DNA from: Flavobacteriales bacterium
GTDB lineage: Bacteria > Bacteroidota > Bacteroidia > NS11-12g > UBA955
Direction: 5' to 3'
NCBI GenBank assembly: GCA_947447955.1
Contig: CANFLS010000003.1
Span: forward strand, 21,048 to 85,047
DNA length: 64,000 nucleotides
Below the pieces are notes generated by a model. The model had not been told where the DNA came from. It ran no database searches and saw only the letters and a program-made list of their open reading frames with translations. The number at the start of each line of letters is the position of its first letter. Position 1 is the stretch's first letter. Both the position numbers and the translations under genes were made by a program. Shown here one piece after another: positions 10,608 to 20,023 of this stretch.

Positions 10608-11324
10608 ATGAAGAAATCTATTATATACAGTTTGGCAGTAGGTATTTTTTTATTTACCCTTCATCCAGTTTTTGCTCAAGCAACAGAGCCGCTTGTAAAT
10701 CCGAATACCGATAAAGGACAAAGTGATCCGAAGTCGGAGGAGATATTAAAAAAGGTTGCTGCAATTTATAAGGGTTATAAAACAATCAATGCTTCTTTTA
10801 CATTAACCACAACATCCCTCAATAAAAAACCTGTTGTATCAAAGGGAAATGTTTGGATTAAAGGAAATAAATTCAAATTGGATTATGCAAGCCAAGAAAT
10901 TTTTTGCAATGGCAGTATTATTTGGACATATAATCCAGACGATGCAGAAGTTACACTAGAGGACTATAAAAAGCGTGACAACAGCATTACTCCCAATGAA
11001 ATATTTACGGTTTATAGCAAAGGGTATAAAAGCAAGTATGAAGGTCCTATTGTTACTGACGGAAACAAGGTAAGAGATGTAATTCGTTTGGTGCCTAAAA
11101 AGAAAGCCAACTATTCTTATTTAAAATTGGAAATAGACAATTCAAATTACAAAATCTGCAAGGTTATACAGCACTATAAGAATGGAACCGAGGTAAGTAT
11201 TGAAATGGTGAAATTAACGCCAAATACAGCTTTAAAAGATGAATTCTTTCAATGGACAGAAGCTGGCCACGAAGGGGTAGAAGTGGTAGATTTAACCAAA
11301 GCCAAAAAGAAGAAGAAAGGTTAA
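10608..11324 (+). CDS. lolA: LolA-like outer-membrane lipoprotein carrier protein
   Basis: Signal peptide, about 230 aa, LolA-like profile. It lies immediately downstream of ftsK, a widely conserved synteny. It has a Lys-rich tail. Confidence 0.55.
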   Translation: MKKSIIYSLAVGIFLFTLHPVFAQATEPLVNPNTDKGQSDPKSEEILKKVAAIYKGYKTINASFTLTTTSLNKKPVVSKGNVWIKGNKFKLDYASQEIFCNGSIIWTYNPDDAEVTLEDYKKRDNSITPNEIFTVYSKGYKSKYEGPIVTDGNKVRDVIRLVPKKKANYSYLKLEIDNSNYKICKVIQHYKNGTEVSIEMVKLTPNTALKDEFFQWTEAGHEGVEVVDLTKAKKKKKG

Positions 11325-11342
11325 TTAAATTAACCAAGGTAT

Positions 11343-11379
11343 AAAACAGAAAAGGCGCCATTGGCGCCTTTTCTGTTTT
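11343..11379. terminator. bidirectional rho-independent terminator, a perfect 17-bp palindrome with a 3-nt loop
   Basis: AAAACAGAAAAGGCGCC-ATT-GGCGCCTTTTCTGTTTT lies between convergent lolA and sucD, with A/T tracts on both sides. Confidence 0.8.
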
Positions 11380-11395
11380 ATACTCAATGTCTTTA

Positions 11396-12265
11396 TTACT
11401 TCATTACTTCGAACATACGACGTCCGATTTCAGCAGGACTTTCAACAACGTGAATTCCACATTCACGCATGATAGCCATTTTAGCAGCAGCAGTGTCGTC
11501 TTTACCACCAACAATTGCACCAGCGTGTCCCATACGGCGACCTGCAGGAGCAGTTTGTCCAGCAATAAATCCTACAACTGGTTTAGTACCATATTGTTTA
11601 ATCCAATGTGCAGCTTCAGCTTCCATTCCACCTCCAATTTCACCAATCATAACAATACCTGCAGTTTCAGGATCAGCCATGAAAAGTTCAATTGCTTCTT
11701 TGGTAGTTGTACCAATGATAGGATCTCCACCAATACCAATGGCAGTAGATTGACCCATACCCAATTTGGTTAATTGGTCAACTGCTTCGTAGGTTAAAGT
11801 TCCAGATTTAGAAATAACACCAATATGTCCTTTTTTGAAAATAAAACCTGGCATAATACCAATTTTAGCTTCTTCAGGAGTAATAATGCCTGGGCAGTTT
11901 GGTCCAATTAAACGGCAGTTTTTAGAATTTAAATATTCTTTAACCATCACCATGTCTTTGGTAGGAATACCTTCAGTAATTGCTACAATCACTTTGATAC
12001 CTGCATCTGCAGATTCCATAATTGCGTCAGCAGCAAATGCTGGTGGCACGAAAATGATACTCACATCGGCACCCGCCTCTTTCACTGCCAATTCTACAGT
12101 GTTGAAAACTGGACGATCTAAATGTCTACTTCCTCCTTTACCAGGAGTAACGCCGCCAACCACATTGGTCCCGTATTCAATCATTTGAGTTGCGTGAAAG
12201 GTTCCCTCGTTTCCGGTAAATCCTTGAACAACTATTCTTGAATTTTTATTAACTAGAATGCTCAT
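11396..12265 (-). CDS. sucD: succinyl-CoA synthetase alpha subunit
   Basis: [15 protein letters not shown]...GGVTPGKGG and the phospho-His region GHAGAI. The start is taken at MSILVNKN. Confidence 0.9.
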   Translation of the reverse strand: MSILVNKNSRIVVQGFTGNEGTFHATQMIEYGTNVVGGVTPGKGGSRHLDRPVFNTVELAVKEAGADVSIIFVPPAFAADAIMESADAGIKVIVAITEGIPTKDMVMVKEYLNSKNCRLIGPNCPGIITPEEAKIGIMPGFIFKKGHIGVISKSGTLTYEAVDQLTKLGMGQSTAIGIGGDPIIGTTTKEAIELFMADPETAGIVMIGEIGGGMEAEAAHWIKQYGTKPVVGFIAGQTAPAGRRMGHAGAIVGGKDDTAAAKMAIMRECGIHVVESPAEIGRRMFEVMK

Positions 12266-12345
12266 GTGTATATTTTTGTTCGGCAAAAATAACGTTATCG
12301 CTTCAAATTGCCATAATAAAGTGAATTTATCACCTAAAATAAACG

Positions 12346-12939
12346 TTACTTTTCTATTAAACTGGTAATATCACTCGATAATGGACCAGTAGTAGATGCA
12401 AAGTAGCCCATTAAATGACCACTTTCGTCAATTAAATATTTATTGAAATTCCATTTAACTTCCGAATCCAATACACCATTTTTCGACTTTTTACTCAACC
12501 ATGAATATAGAGGATGTTGGTTTTGTCCTTTTACATCAATTTTTTGAGTCAATTGAAACGTAACGTCGTAATTCTTTTTGCAAAATGAACCAATTTGTTC
12601 AGGATTTCCTGGCTCTTGTCCGCCAAATTGATTGCAAGGGCAACCAATAATAACTAGTTTTTCAGGATATTTCTCGTGAAGTTTTTGCAAGTCTTCGTAT
12701 TGCGGAGTGAAACCACATTCGCTGGCCGTATTTACAAACAAGATCTTTTTGCCTTTGAATTGATTTAAATCAATAGGTGTTTTCTCATCTAAGGCCAATA
12801 TTTTAATGCCATAAAGTGATTCTGATGGTTGGCTTGACTGAACTGATTGCGCATCTATTGTTTTTGATTTTCCAAAAAAACAGCCTGTCATTAATGCTAT
12901 TAAGCCCGAAGCGAGCAACTTTCTTTTTAAATTTCTCAT
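12346..12939 (-). CDS. glutathione peroxidase-family thiol peroxidase, predicted lipoprotein
   Basis: GPx motifs NTASECGFT and [13 protein letters not shown]...WNFNKYLI. N-terminal lipobox LMTGC. Confidence 0.75.
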   Translation of the reverse strand: MRNLKRKLLASGLIALMTGCFFGKSKTIDAQSVQSSQPSESLYGIKILALDEKTPIDLNQFKGKKILFVNTASECGFTPQYEDLQKLHEKYPEKLVIIGCPCNQFGGQEPGNPEQIGSFCKKNYDVTFQLTQKIDVKGQNQHPLYSWLSKKSKNGVLDSEVKWNFNKYLIDESGHLMGYFASTTGPLSSDITSLIEK

Positions 12940-12992
12940 AATTATTAAAGAAACAAAGATAACCAAACAAAGGTTTTCATTATTTTCGTAGC

Positions 12993-13844
12993 ATGAGAAT
13001 TTCTAATTTCTTTTTTGGAGGGATATTTTTGGCATTTTCGCTAATGAGCTGCGAGGAAGAGAATCCACCAATCAAGTTTACCGAACGACCATTATTAGAT
13101 ACTACCTACGTTAGTGCTGTTCCTAAAGCCCAAACAAAAAAGGTTTTTTTGGCTGATGTAACTGGTGTACGTTGTAACAACTGTCCGCGTGCTGCACAAA
13201 AAGCATTCGACCTAGAAGCTGCCAATCCAGGTAAGTTAGAAATTATGGCTATCTATCCAACTTACAAACCACTTTCTAATCCTTGGGGACCTCCATACGA
13301 TACCTTAAATACTCAAGATGCCGATGATTTGGCAAATTCTGTAGGAGTAGTTTCGGCTTTGCCTTCTGGTATCATTGATAACATTTCATACAATGGCAAA
13401 CGTTTGATAGATGAAAATTCTTGGTCGGTAATCTTCGATGCCCAAAAAGTAAAAACTACCCCAATAAATATTGATATAGCTGCCAAATGGCTATCAGCCG
13501 ATAATAAAGGGAGAATTGAAGTAAAAGCAACTGCAAATACTGCCATTTCAAATGGTGTGAGTTGGGTTATTGCCATTCTTGAAGATGATATAATAGGTAA
13601 ACAATCTACAGCTACAGGAACTGAGGATAATTATGATTTTAAACATGTGTTGCGCAAAATTGTAAATTCACCTATGGGTGACCCACTAAAAACTCCTATG
13701 GTTGCTGGCTTTACAACTGAGAAGCACTATTACATACCTAGAGTTGCCAAATGGAAACCAGAGAACTTGAGTTGTATTGTTTGGGTATTTGACAATACCA
13801 CCAAAGAGATTTTACAAGTAAATAAAGTGAAATTTTCAATGTAA
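12993..13844 (+). CDS. hypothetical lipoprotein with a CxxC motif (Omp28-related?)
   Basis: Lipobox SLMSC, the motif RCNNCPRAA, and no other recognisable domain. Confidence 0.3.
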   Translation: MRISNFFFGGIFLAFSLMSCEEENPPIKFTERPLLDTTYVSAVPKAQTKKVFLADVTGVRCNNCPRAAQKAFDLEAANPGKLEIMAIYPTYKPLSNPWGPPYDTLNTQDADDLANSVGVVSALPSGIIDNISYNGKRLIDENSWSVIFDAQKVKTTPINIDIAAKWLSADNKGRIEVKATANTAISNGVSWVIAILEDDIIGKQSTATGTEDNYDFKHVLRKIVNSPMGDPLKTPMVAGFTTEKHYYIPRVAKWKPENLSCIVWVFDNTTKEILQVNKVKFSM

Positions 13845-14746
13845 TGTTGGGTTGGGATGAAGCTATTGTTGGGTTTGCCCAATATTTAACCCTTGAAAAG
13901 TCTTTATCCAAACACAGTATTGAAGCATATCAACGCGACATAGAAAAATTGAAATCTTGGTCCATTGGCCAAGGGGTTAATAATTCTTTGTCCCTCAAAA
14001 GAAAAAATCTAGAACAGTTTTCTGCTTTTATTGCCGAATTGGGATTTCAAGCTACGTCGCAAGCTAGAATAGTTTCTGGTGTTAGGGCATTTTATAAATA
14101 TTTGGTGCTCGATGATTGGTTGGCTGAAAGTCCTGCCGATTTTTTAGAACCGCCCAAAGTGGGTCGGAAATTACCTGTGGTTTTGAGTCCCGATGAAATC
14201 GATGCCATGATCAACACCATTGACCGTTCAACCGACGAAGGTGAACGCAACGTGGCAATGCTCGAAACTTTGTATAGTTGTGGTTTGCGGGTTTCTGAAT
14301 TGGTGGGATTGAAAATTACCCATGTTCATTTGAATGAACAATACGTGCAGGTTTTGGGGAAGGGCAACAAAGAACGCTTGGTGCCAATTTCTCAACGGGC
14401 ATTAAAACACATCCAACTTTATACCAATAATATACGAAATAAACTCGACATTACCAAACAACACCGTGACTTGGTGTTTTTAAATCGTTATGGACGTGGT
14501 TTGACCCGTCAATCGGTATTCTTGTTTATCAAAAAAGCGGCCTTGATGGCTGGAATAGACAAGGTAATTAGTCCTCACTCGTTTCGACATAGTTTTGCCA
14601 CGCATTTGGTTGAAGCTGGCGCTGATTTGAGGGCAGTACAAGAAATGTTGGGGCATGAGAGTATCACCACAACTGAGATTTACACGCACTTAGATAGGAA
14701 TTATTTGGCGGATACTCTAATTAAGTTCCACCCGAGATCGGTTTAA
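13844..14746 (+). CDS. xerD: tyrosine recombinase XerD (chromosome dimer resolution)
   Basis: N-terminal SAM-like domain (LEKSLSKHSIEAYQRDI). C-terminal catalytic RHSFATHLVEAGADLRAVQEMLGHESITTTEIYTHLD. Confidence 0.85.
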   Translation: MLGWDEAIVGFAQYLTLEKSLSKHSIEAYQRDIEKLKSWSIGQGVNNSLSLKRKNLEQFSAFIAELGFQATSQARIVSGVRAFYKYLVLDDWLAESPADFLEPPKVGRKLPVVLSPDEIDAMINTIDRSTDEGERNVAMLETLYSCGLRVSELVGLKITHVHLNEQYVQVLGKGNKERLVPISQRALKHIQLYTNNIRNKLDITKQHRDLVFLNRYGRGLTRQSVFLFIKKAALMAGIDKVISPHSFRHSFATHLVEAGADLRAVQEMLGHESITTTEIYTHLDRNYLADTLIKFHPRSV

Positions 14747-15759
14747 TTAAACCAATTGGCCCAGGTTTTTTTGCCTTTCAGAAAGAATCCAAATACCAAA
14801 CTCGAATCAAGCACCCCCGACAATTGGGTTAATGGAACTGTATTTTCTGAAATTTGAAAATCATGCTTGTGCTTGTCGTAGTATTGGTGGGCTTTGATAA
14901 TTTGAATTACATGTTTTGGTTTTCCTTGCATAAGGAAAAGCACTCCTGCCAAACCATCAAAAAATTTGCGTTGTAAGATTCGTTTAGATTTAATATTCTC
15001 TGGCAAATTCTTATGCAACATCAATAATGAATTTCTGAAATTGAGGTAGGTCTTTTTGGGATTTTGGTTAGAAAGGGTTGCTCCTCCCATATGGTAAAAT
15101 GTACTTTGGTGGCAATTGTGAATGGTATATCCCAAAAGTTGCATGCGCCAACAAAGGTCAATTTCTTCCATGTGTGCAAAAAACGCTTCGTCGAGGCCGT
15201 TGGCCTTTTCCCAAGCTTCGCGCTTAACAAACATGGCTGCTCCAGACGCCCAGAAAATTTGTCCAGATTGATTGTATTGCCCGTTGTCTTTTTCTACGTT
15301 TCCAAAGATTCTTCCTTTGCAAAATGGGTATCCAAAAACATCTATAAAACCACCAGCGGCTCCAGCATACTCAAAATGGGTGCGTTTGAAATAATCTAAT
15401 ATTTTAGGTTGACACGCTCCGAAATTCGGATTGTTTTTGGCGATTTCTAAAATGGGTTCAAGCCAATTTGGGCCCGGTTCAGCATCAGAATTCAGGAGTA
15501 CAAAGTAATCGGCGGTTCTATTTTTGAGGGACAAATTATAGCCTCCTGCAAATCCAGAGTTGTATGGCAATACTACAACTTCTAAATTTGGATAGGTTGT
15601 TTTAACAAATTCAACAGAATCATCGGTGCTGGCATTGTCAACCACCACTACCTTGCAATTGGGGTAATTAGAATTCGCAATAACTTGCGGCAAACATTTT
15701 TCTAAAATACTCCTAGTGTTGTAATTTAAAATGACAATATCAACTGACGGTTGGGTCAT
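14743..15759 (-). CDS. glycosyltransferase family 2
   Basis: N-terminal IVILNYNTRS...VVVVDNASTDDS and DxD-type GT-A fold features. Confidence 0.7.
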   Translation of the reverse strand: MTQPSVDIVILNYNTRSILEKCLPQVIANSNYPNCKVVVVDNASTDDSVEFVKTTYPNLEVVVLPYNSGFAGGYNLSLKNRTADYFVLLNSDAEPGPNWLEPILEIAKNNPNFGACQPKILDYFKRTHFEYAGAAGGFIDVFGYPFCKGRIFGNVEKDNGQYNQSGQIFWASGAAMFVKREAWEKANGLDEAFFAHMEEIDLCWRMQLLGYTIHNCHQSTFYHMGGATLSNQNPKKTYLNFRNSLLMLHKNLPENIKSKRILQRKFFDGLAGVLFLMQGKPKHVIQIIKAHQYYDKHKHDFQISENTVPLTQLSGVLDSSLVFGFFLKGKKTWANWFN

Positions 15760-15761
15760 TG

Positions 15762-16136
15762 TTATTTTGCTTTCGCCATTTTCTTAAACGGCATAAAAAT
15801 AAATTGAGAATGTTGTCCGAAGAGCCACAAAATACACATGTTGTTTTTTGTATCGCCGAAGGCCTTAATGAATTGGTCTTTGCGGTCATCGGTAAGTATA
15901 TTCAATTCTATTAACCTTTCCATCACCGTTGCATTGATAGAAAATGGGAAATCAAACTCAGATCTGTCAATAATTAATTCTCCAATTTTTGCGTCTTCTT
16001 GGTGTGCCACAAAAATCGGGTATTCCGAAAATCCACCTTGTATAATATCGTCACTTACTTCTTTGAGCATTTCGTTGATCTCATTGAGTTGAGATTCAAG
16101 TGTTGTAAGGGCAGCTTCGATTTCTTTATTTAACAT
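15762..16136 (-). CDS. hypothetical cytoplasmic protein (124 aa)
   Basis: ORF only. It is tightly coupled to the BNR protein upstream and GT2 downstream on the same strand. Confidence 0.4.
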   Translation of the reverse strand: MLNKEIEAALTTLESQLNEINEMLKEVSDDIIQGGFSEYPIFVAHQEDAKIGELIIDRSEFDFPFSINATVMERLIELNILTDDRKDQFIKAFGDTKNNMCILWLFGQHSQFIFMPFKKMAKAK

Positions 16137-18610
16137 TATCTTTCAATTTTAATTTTTTGGGTGAAAGATTTTTCAGGGGTAACAACCTGAACAAAATAAA
16201 CACCTTCCGCCAAATCGCAAACATCAATTTTGTTGTCTTCAACTCTATTTACATTCTTGCAAATTTTGCCGTTCAAATCATAAACGTTAATTGCTTGGAT
16301 GGTTGTTTGTAAATTTAGCTTTACGGTTACATATTTACTCGCAGGATTCGGAAATAAACTAACAAGTTTAAGTTTTTCAATTTTTTGGGTACTACTTAGA
16401 GGAGAAAGTTTAATTGCCCACATTCCTCTTCCATGGGTATATAGGAATAAAGTACGGTCTGAATTTCTCATTTTAATTTCGTGTACTTCTACGTTTGGAA
16501 TACGTGTGTCTTTGGTCCATGTTTTTCCTCCATCAACAGTGTAATAAAAACCAAAATCAGTTGCAGCAAATATTTTATTTTCAGGATCTTGAGGATCAAC
16601 AGCAACCATACTTACGGGCAAGCCTGGAGGCAAGTTTCCTGAAATGTTTTCCCAAAGTGGGGTAGAAGTTTCAAGGTTGCTCGCTTTCCAAACACGTCCT
16701 TGATTACTTACCGTGGTAAAGGCAACAAAAACTTGATATTTATTAACTGGGTTAATTGTAATTCCGTTAATGAAATCACTTGTAACAGTTGCTGGAACTG
16801 AAGCATTGAAACTTACTTCTGTGCCAATTGCTGTTCTTGCATTTTCTAATTTATACAATTGTGCTGCGGCTCCACCGTAATAGAATACAGGATCAGAATC
16901 TTCCGAAGAAGCCATTGCTTTAATACTTGGGCGGGATACCTTATTAATTTTCTCCCAAGCATCGCCACCGTTTGTAGTTCTATAAACACCACTGTTGGTT
17001 CTATAAAACAGCATGTATTGATCTGCCGGGTTCATGGTGTAGGCATTGATAAAGCTAATACCTTCTGTGGTGAATCGAGTGTCAGAAATGCTGGTGCTGT
17101 TTGAAGCACCCATGGTTGAGAAGTTATCGAGACGATTAATTCCTTCATTTTGGTATGAAACATAAGCTACGTCGCCATCTTGTTGACCAATATGGCAATA
17201 TGCGCCATCTCCGCCAAAAATTTGAGAAGTATTCAATGGGCCACTTGAAAACTGGGTTCCATTGTCTTGTGCGCCTGCAACTGCTCTAATTCCAGTTAAA
17301 TCGTAACTGCCCGCATAAAATTGAGTAACGTTATAGCCTGTATTTAAATTACCAAGGGCAGTTTGGCTGCTCCATTTAAATCTGTAAATTCCGCCGTCTG
17401 TACCCACAAGGTATTCATTGCTTGCAGTAGAAAATGCTGCAAAAGCGTGATTGTCGGCATGGATGCCTTTTAGCGATGACCATGAATTACCTCCGTTTGT
17501 TGACGATGCTGAATATTGGCAACCTGTAAATATTTTATTTGAATCGATGGCACTTACACCAATAGTTACGCAATAAGCTTGTTGTCCAGTTCCACTTGCT
17601 GTTGGCGTTGTTTTTAATTTCCAAGTTTTGCCACCATCGCTACTTTTGTAGAAGGCTGCTGGACCTGTATTGTAATCCCATCCTTCAAACAATGCATAAA
17701 TCACATTTGGGTATTTTTTAGAGTTGGCCATTTGAATAAGCCTATATGTACCTGCAACTGGTTTAGACGGAAAAGTAACAGGAATGAATGTGCCCGCTTT
17801 ACCGTTGCTATCAGAATAATACACGTTGTTTGATTGTTGTGAAAACAAAACACGGCCATTAGGCAAACATAAAATATCATTCACTTGTTTGCTTCCAGCT
17901 GTATAAACCGCCGACCAAGAAGCTCCTTTGTCTGTAGATCGGAACATTCCGGCTGTATTTGTGCCAACGAAAATGGTGTTGCTATCAGACTTCGAGTGTT
18001 CAATATCCCAAATTGCATCAAATCCACCTAGAGTTGCAGTTGAACTTAATTGGTTAAAAGTTTTACCTCTATCAGATGATTTGAAAACGCCATTTCCAGG
18101 GTTATGTAATCCACCGTATCGACATTCGCCGGTTCCATAGTAAATTTCATTGTTATTAAAAGGGTTTGAAGTGATGCAACTTGGTTGCAAAGTGACTTCT
18201 TGGTCGTTTAATGCTTTCCAAGATTTCCCCCCATTTTCAGAGCGCCACATTCCACCAGAAATTCCACCTGCCAAAATTAAATTATCGTTTGTAGGGTCAA
18301 TCCAAATAACACGGGTTCTGCCACCAACGTTATTTGGGCCAATTTCTATAACGGTATCAATGGTACTTCCATTGGCTCTATTGCTAATTTGAGAATGATC
18401 CCATTTATTCCATGTACTTTTTAACCATGAAGGAATTTCTCCATTTGCATTTTTTCTTTCGTTAAACCACTGTTCAAAATAGCCAGGATTTTCGCCGAAA
18501 ATTTGAGGAGAATGTTTAGGTTTTAGTAAAATACCTACCGAAAATAAACCTATAAAAATAATACTTAAAGAGATTGCGCTAGTGGCTCTTTGATTTTTGA
18601 ACATATACAC
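16136..18610 (-). CDS. BNR/Asp-box repeat beta-propeller protein (sortilin/VPS10- or GH74-like) with a T9SS C-terminal sorting domain
   Basis: At least six SxDxGxTW repeats (SENGGKSW, SSDRGKTF, STDKGASW, SSDGGKTW, TTNGGDAW, TVDGGKTW). C-terminal domain FPNPASKYV...GVYFVQV. Confidence 0.7.
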   Translation of the reverse strand: MYMFKNQRATSAISLSIIFIGLFSVGILLKPKHSPQIFGENPGYFEQWFNERKNANGEIPSWLKSTWNKWDHSQISNRANGSTIDTVIEIGPNNVGGRTRVIWIDPTNDNLILAGGISGGMWRSENGGKSWKALNDQEVTLQPSCITSNPFNNNEIYYGTGECRYGGLHNPGNGVFKSSDRGKTFNQLSSTATLGGFDAIWDIEHSKSDSNTIFVGTNTAGMFRSTDKGASWSAVYTAGSKQVNDILCLPNGRVLFSQQSNNVYYSDSNGKAGTFIPVTFPSKPVAGTYRLIQMANSKKYPNVIYALFEGWDYNTGPAAFYKSSDGGKTWKLKTTPTASGTGQQAYCVTIGVSAIDSNKIFTGCQYSASSTNGGNSWSSLKGIHADNHAFAAFSTASNEYLVGTDGGIYRFKWSSQTALGNLNTGYNVTQFYAGSYDLTGIRAVAGAQDNGTQFSSGPLNTSQIFGGDGAYCHIGQQDGDVAYVSYQNEGINRLDNFSTMGASNSTSISDTRFTTEGISFINAYTMNPADQYMLFYRTNSGVYRTTNGGDAWEKINKVSRPSIKAMASSEDSDPVFYYGGAAAQLYKLENARTAIGTEVSFNASVPATVTSDFINGITINPVNKYQVFVAFTTVSNQGRVWKASNLETSTPLWENISGNLPPGLPVSMVAVDPQDPENKIFAATDFGFYYTVDGGKTWTKDTRIPNVEVHEIKMRNSDRTLFLYTHGRGMWAIKLSPLSSTQKIEKLKLVSLFPNPASKYVTVKLNLQTTIQAINVYDLNGKICKNVNRVEDNKIDVCDLAEGVYFVQVVTPEKSFTQKIKIER

Positions 18611-18779
18611 AAATATACTAAAAAAGCAATTACCTATGGGAAGTTATCGATGGATTTTTGAAGAAAATAGATGCTAAATGGTAAACAATTCATTACCAAA
18701 TTGAAAAGATAGGATTATCATTTTAGTCATTTAATTAATTTTAAACCAATTTCTAAATATATTTGTTCCTTATCACACA

Positions 18780-19937
18780 ATGATGAAAAAAAATAAAACC
18801 CTCCTTATTGCAATTATTAGTTTAGTTATTATTAGTGCAATTATTTATTTGTCGCCTTATAGATATTTAGTAAAAGGAATTCGCTTAACCTATTTGAAAG
18901 GTGAAAAATCTGCGAATTATTTAGATTGGAAAGATTTCGATTTGCGCAAAATGGAAAATAATCCCGATAAGATTTTTATCATCCCTTCAAAACTTTACGC
19001 AAAAACCAATGGGTTAGATAAGAAGTTGCTTGATATGTTAACCAAAACAAATTCAGGTTCTTACATTGTAGTAAAAAACGACACCATTGTTTCAGAACAT
19101 TACTTCAATGGCATTACCGATTCATCTCAAACCAACTCTTTTTCTATGGCCAAAACCATCACAACTTTGTTGGTGCAAAAAGCCATTCAAGATAAAATTA
19201 TTGCATCTTGGGATGACAAGGTGATTGATTATTTGCCTTGGTTAACCGGTGAATTTGCCAAGGATGTAACGCTTCGTCATCTGTCAACAATGACAGCAGG
19301 TTTGGTTTGGAATGAAAGTTATGTGTCGCCATTTGGAGTTACAGCCAAAGCCTATTATAGCAATGATGTTGAAGCAGTAATGAAGCAGGTTGCTGTTACA
19401 AAAAAGCCAGGTGAGAATTTCCAATATCAAAGTGGTGCAACGCAGTTGTTGGGATTTGTACTGAAAAAAGCGCTCGACAAAACTGGAAAATACAAATCGG
19501 TATCAGAATTTGCTCAAGTAAATTTATGGAATAAAATTGGTGCTGAATATCCTGCGTTTTGGTCGTTGGATGCGGATAATGGCAAAGAGTTAACGTATTG
19601 TTGCTTTGATGCAACAGCACGAGATTTCGCTAAGTTAGGTCAATTGGTTTTGCATCATGGCAAAAGTGCTTGGGGGGAATCTATCATCGATTCTGCATTT
19701 TTAGAAATGGCACAGCAACCATATAAAAGTGCCAACTATGGACATTCATTTTGGATAGGAGAAGTTGATGGAATAAAATTCCCATATTTTCAAGGATTAA
19801 AAGGTCAGTACATTGCCATTGTAAAAAATGAAAATGCCGTAATTTTAAGAACAGGAAATGGCATCGACAAATCGCATGGAATGCCTGTGTTTGATTGCAT
19901 CAAAACTTATGTGAGTGAGGGTGTGAAGTTGAAGTAA
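18780..19937 (+). CDS. serine hydrolase of the beta-lactamase/transpeptidase superfamily, membrane-anchored
   Basis: N-terminal TM segment, an SxxK motif (SMAK), about 385 aa, class-C-like profile. Confidence 0.6.
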   Translation: MMKKNKTLLIAIISLVIISAIIYLSPYRYLVKGIRLTYLKGEKSANYLDWKDFDLRKMENNPDKIFIIPSKLYAKTNGLDKKLLDMLTKTNSGSYIVVKNDTIVSEHYFNGITDSSQTNSFSMAKTITTLLVQKAIQDKIIASWDDKVIDYLPWLTGEFAKDVTLRHLSTMTAGLVWNESYVSPFGVTAKAYYSNDVEAVMKQVAVTKKPGENFQYQSGATQLLGFVLKKALDKTGKYKSVSEFAQVNLWNKIGAEYPAFWSLDADNGKELTYCCFDATARDFAKLGQLVLHHGKSAWGESIIDSAFLEMAQQPYKSANYGHSFWIGEVDGIKFPYFQGLKGQYIAIVKNENAVILRTGNGIDKSHGMPVFDCIKTYVSEGVKLK

Positions 19938-19951
19938 GGTAATTAATTATT

Positions 19952-19990
19952 AAAAAGAGAAAAGGCGCCAATGGCGCCTTTTCTCTTTTT
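19952..19990. terminator. bidirectional rho-independent terminator, a perfect 18-bp palindrome with a 3-nt loop
   Basis: AAAAAGAGAAAAGGCGCC-AAT-GGCGCCTTTTCTCTTTTT lies between a convergent serine-hydrolase gene and acnA. It shares the core with the terminator at 11343. Confidence 0.8.
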
Positions 19991-20023
19991 AATATAGCTT
20001 GAGGGTCAATGTCCCTCAAAAAA

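Noticed and set aside
7904-11324. ftsK-lolA adjacency as something novel.
   Set aside because: This linkage is conserved widely, including in Proteobacteria.
11387-12188. Plus-strand track ORFs 11387-11773, 11469-11753 and 11835-12188 inside sucD, and many similar antisense ORFs inside acnA (20152-22269), FtsK (8389-8763, 9731-10030), the HK (2122-2430) and the final gene (62981-63538).
   Set aside because: They are shadow ORFs lying entirely within well-supported genes on the opposite strand. Their translations are low-complexity with no recognisable motifs.
13844-14746. Tyrosine recombinase as the integrase of a mobile element or island.
   Set aside because: The sequence is canonical XerD (RHSFATHL...LGHESITTTEIYTH). 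No att-like repeats, phage, transposase or conjugation genes flank it. The neighbours are housekeeping genes.
11343-19990. Palindromic GGCGCC repeats as a CRISPR array or MITE insertion.
   Set aside because: There are only single copies at separate loci, with no spacer-repeat periodicity, no cas genes and no target-site duplications. They are better explained as a terminator or REP-like family (reported as a finding).
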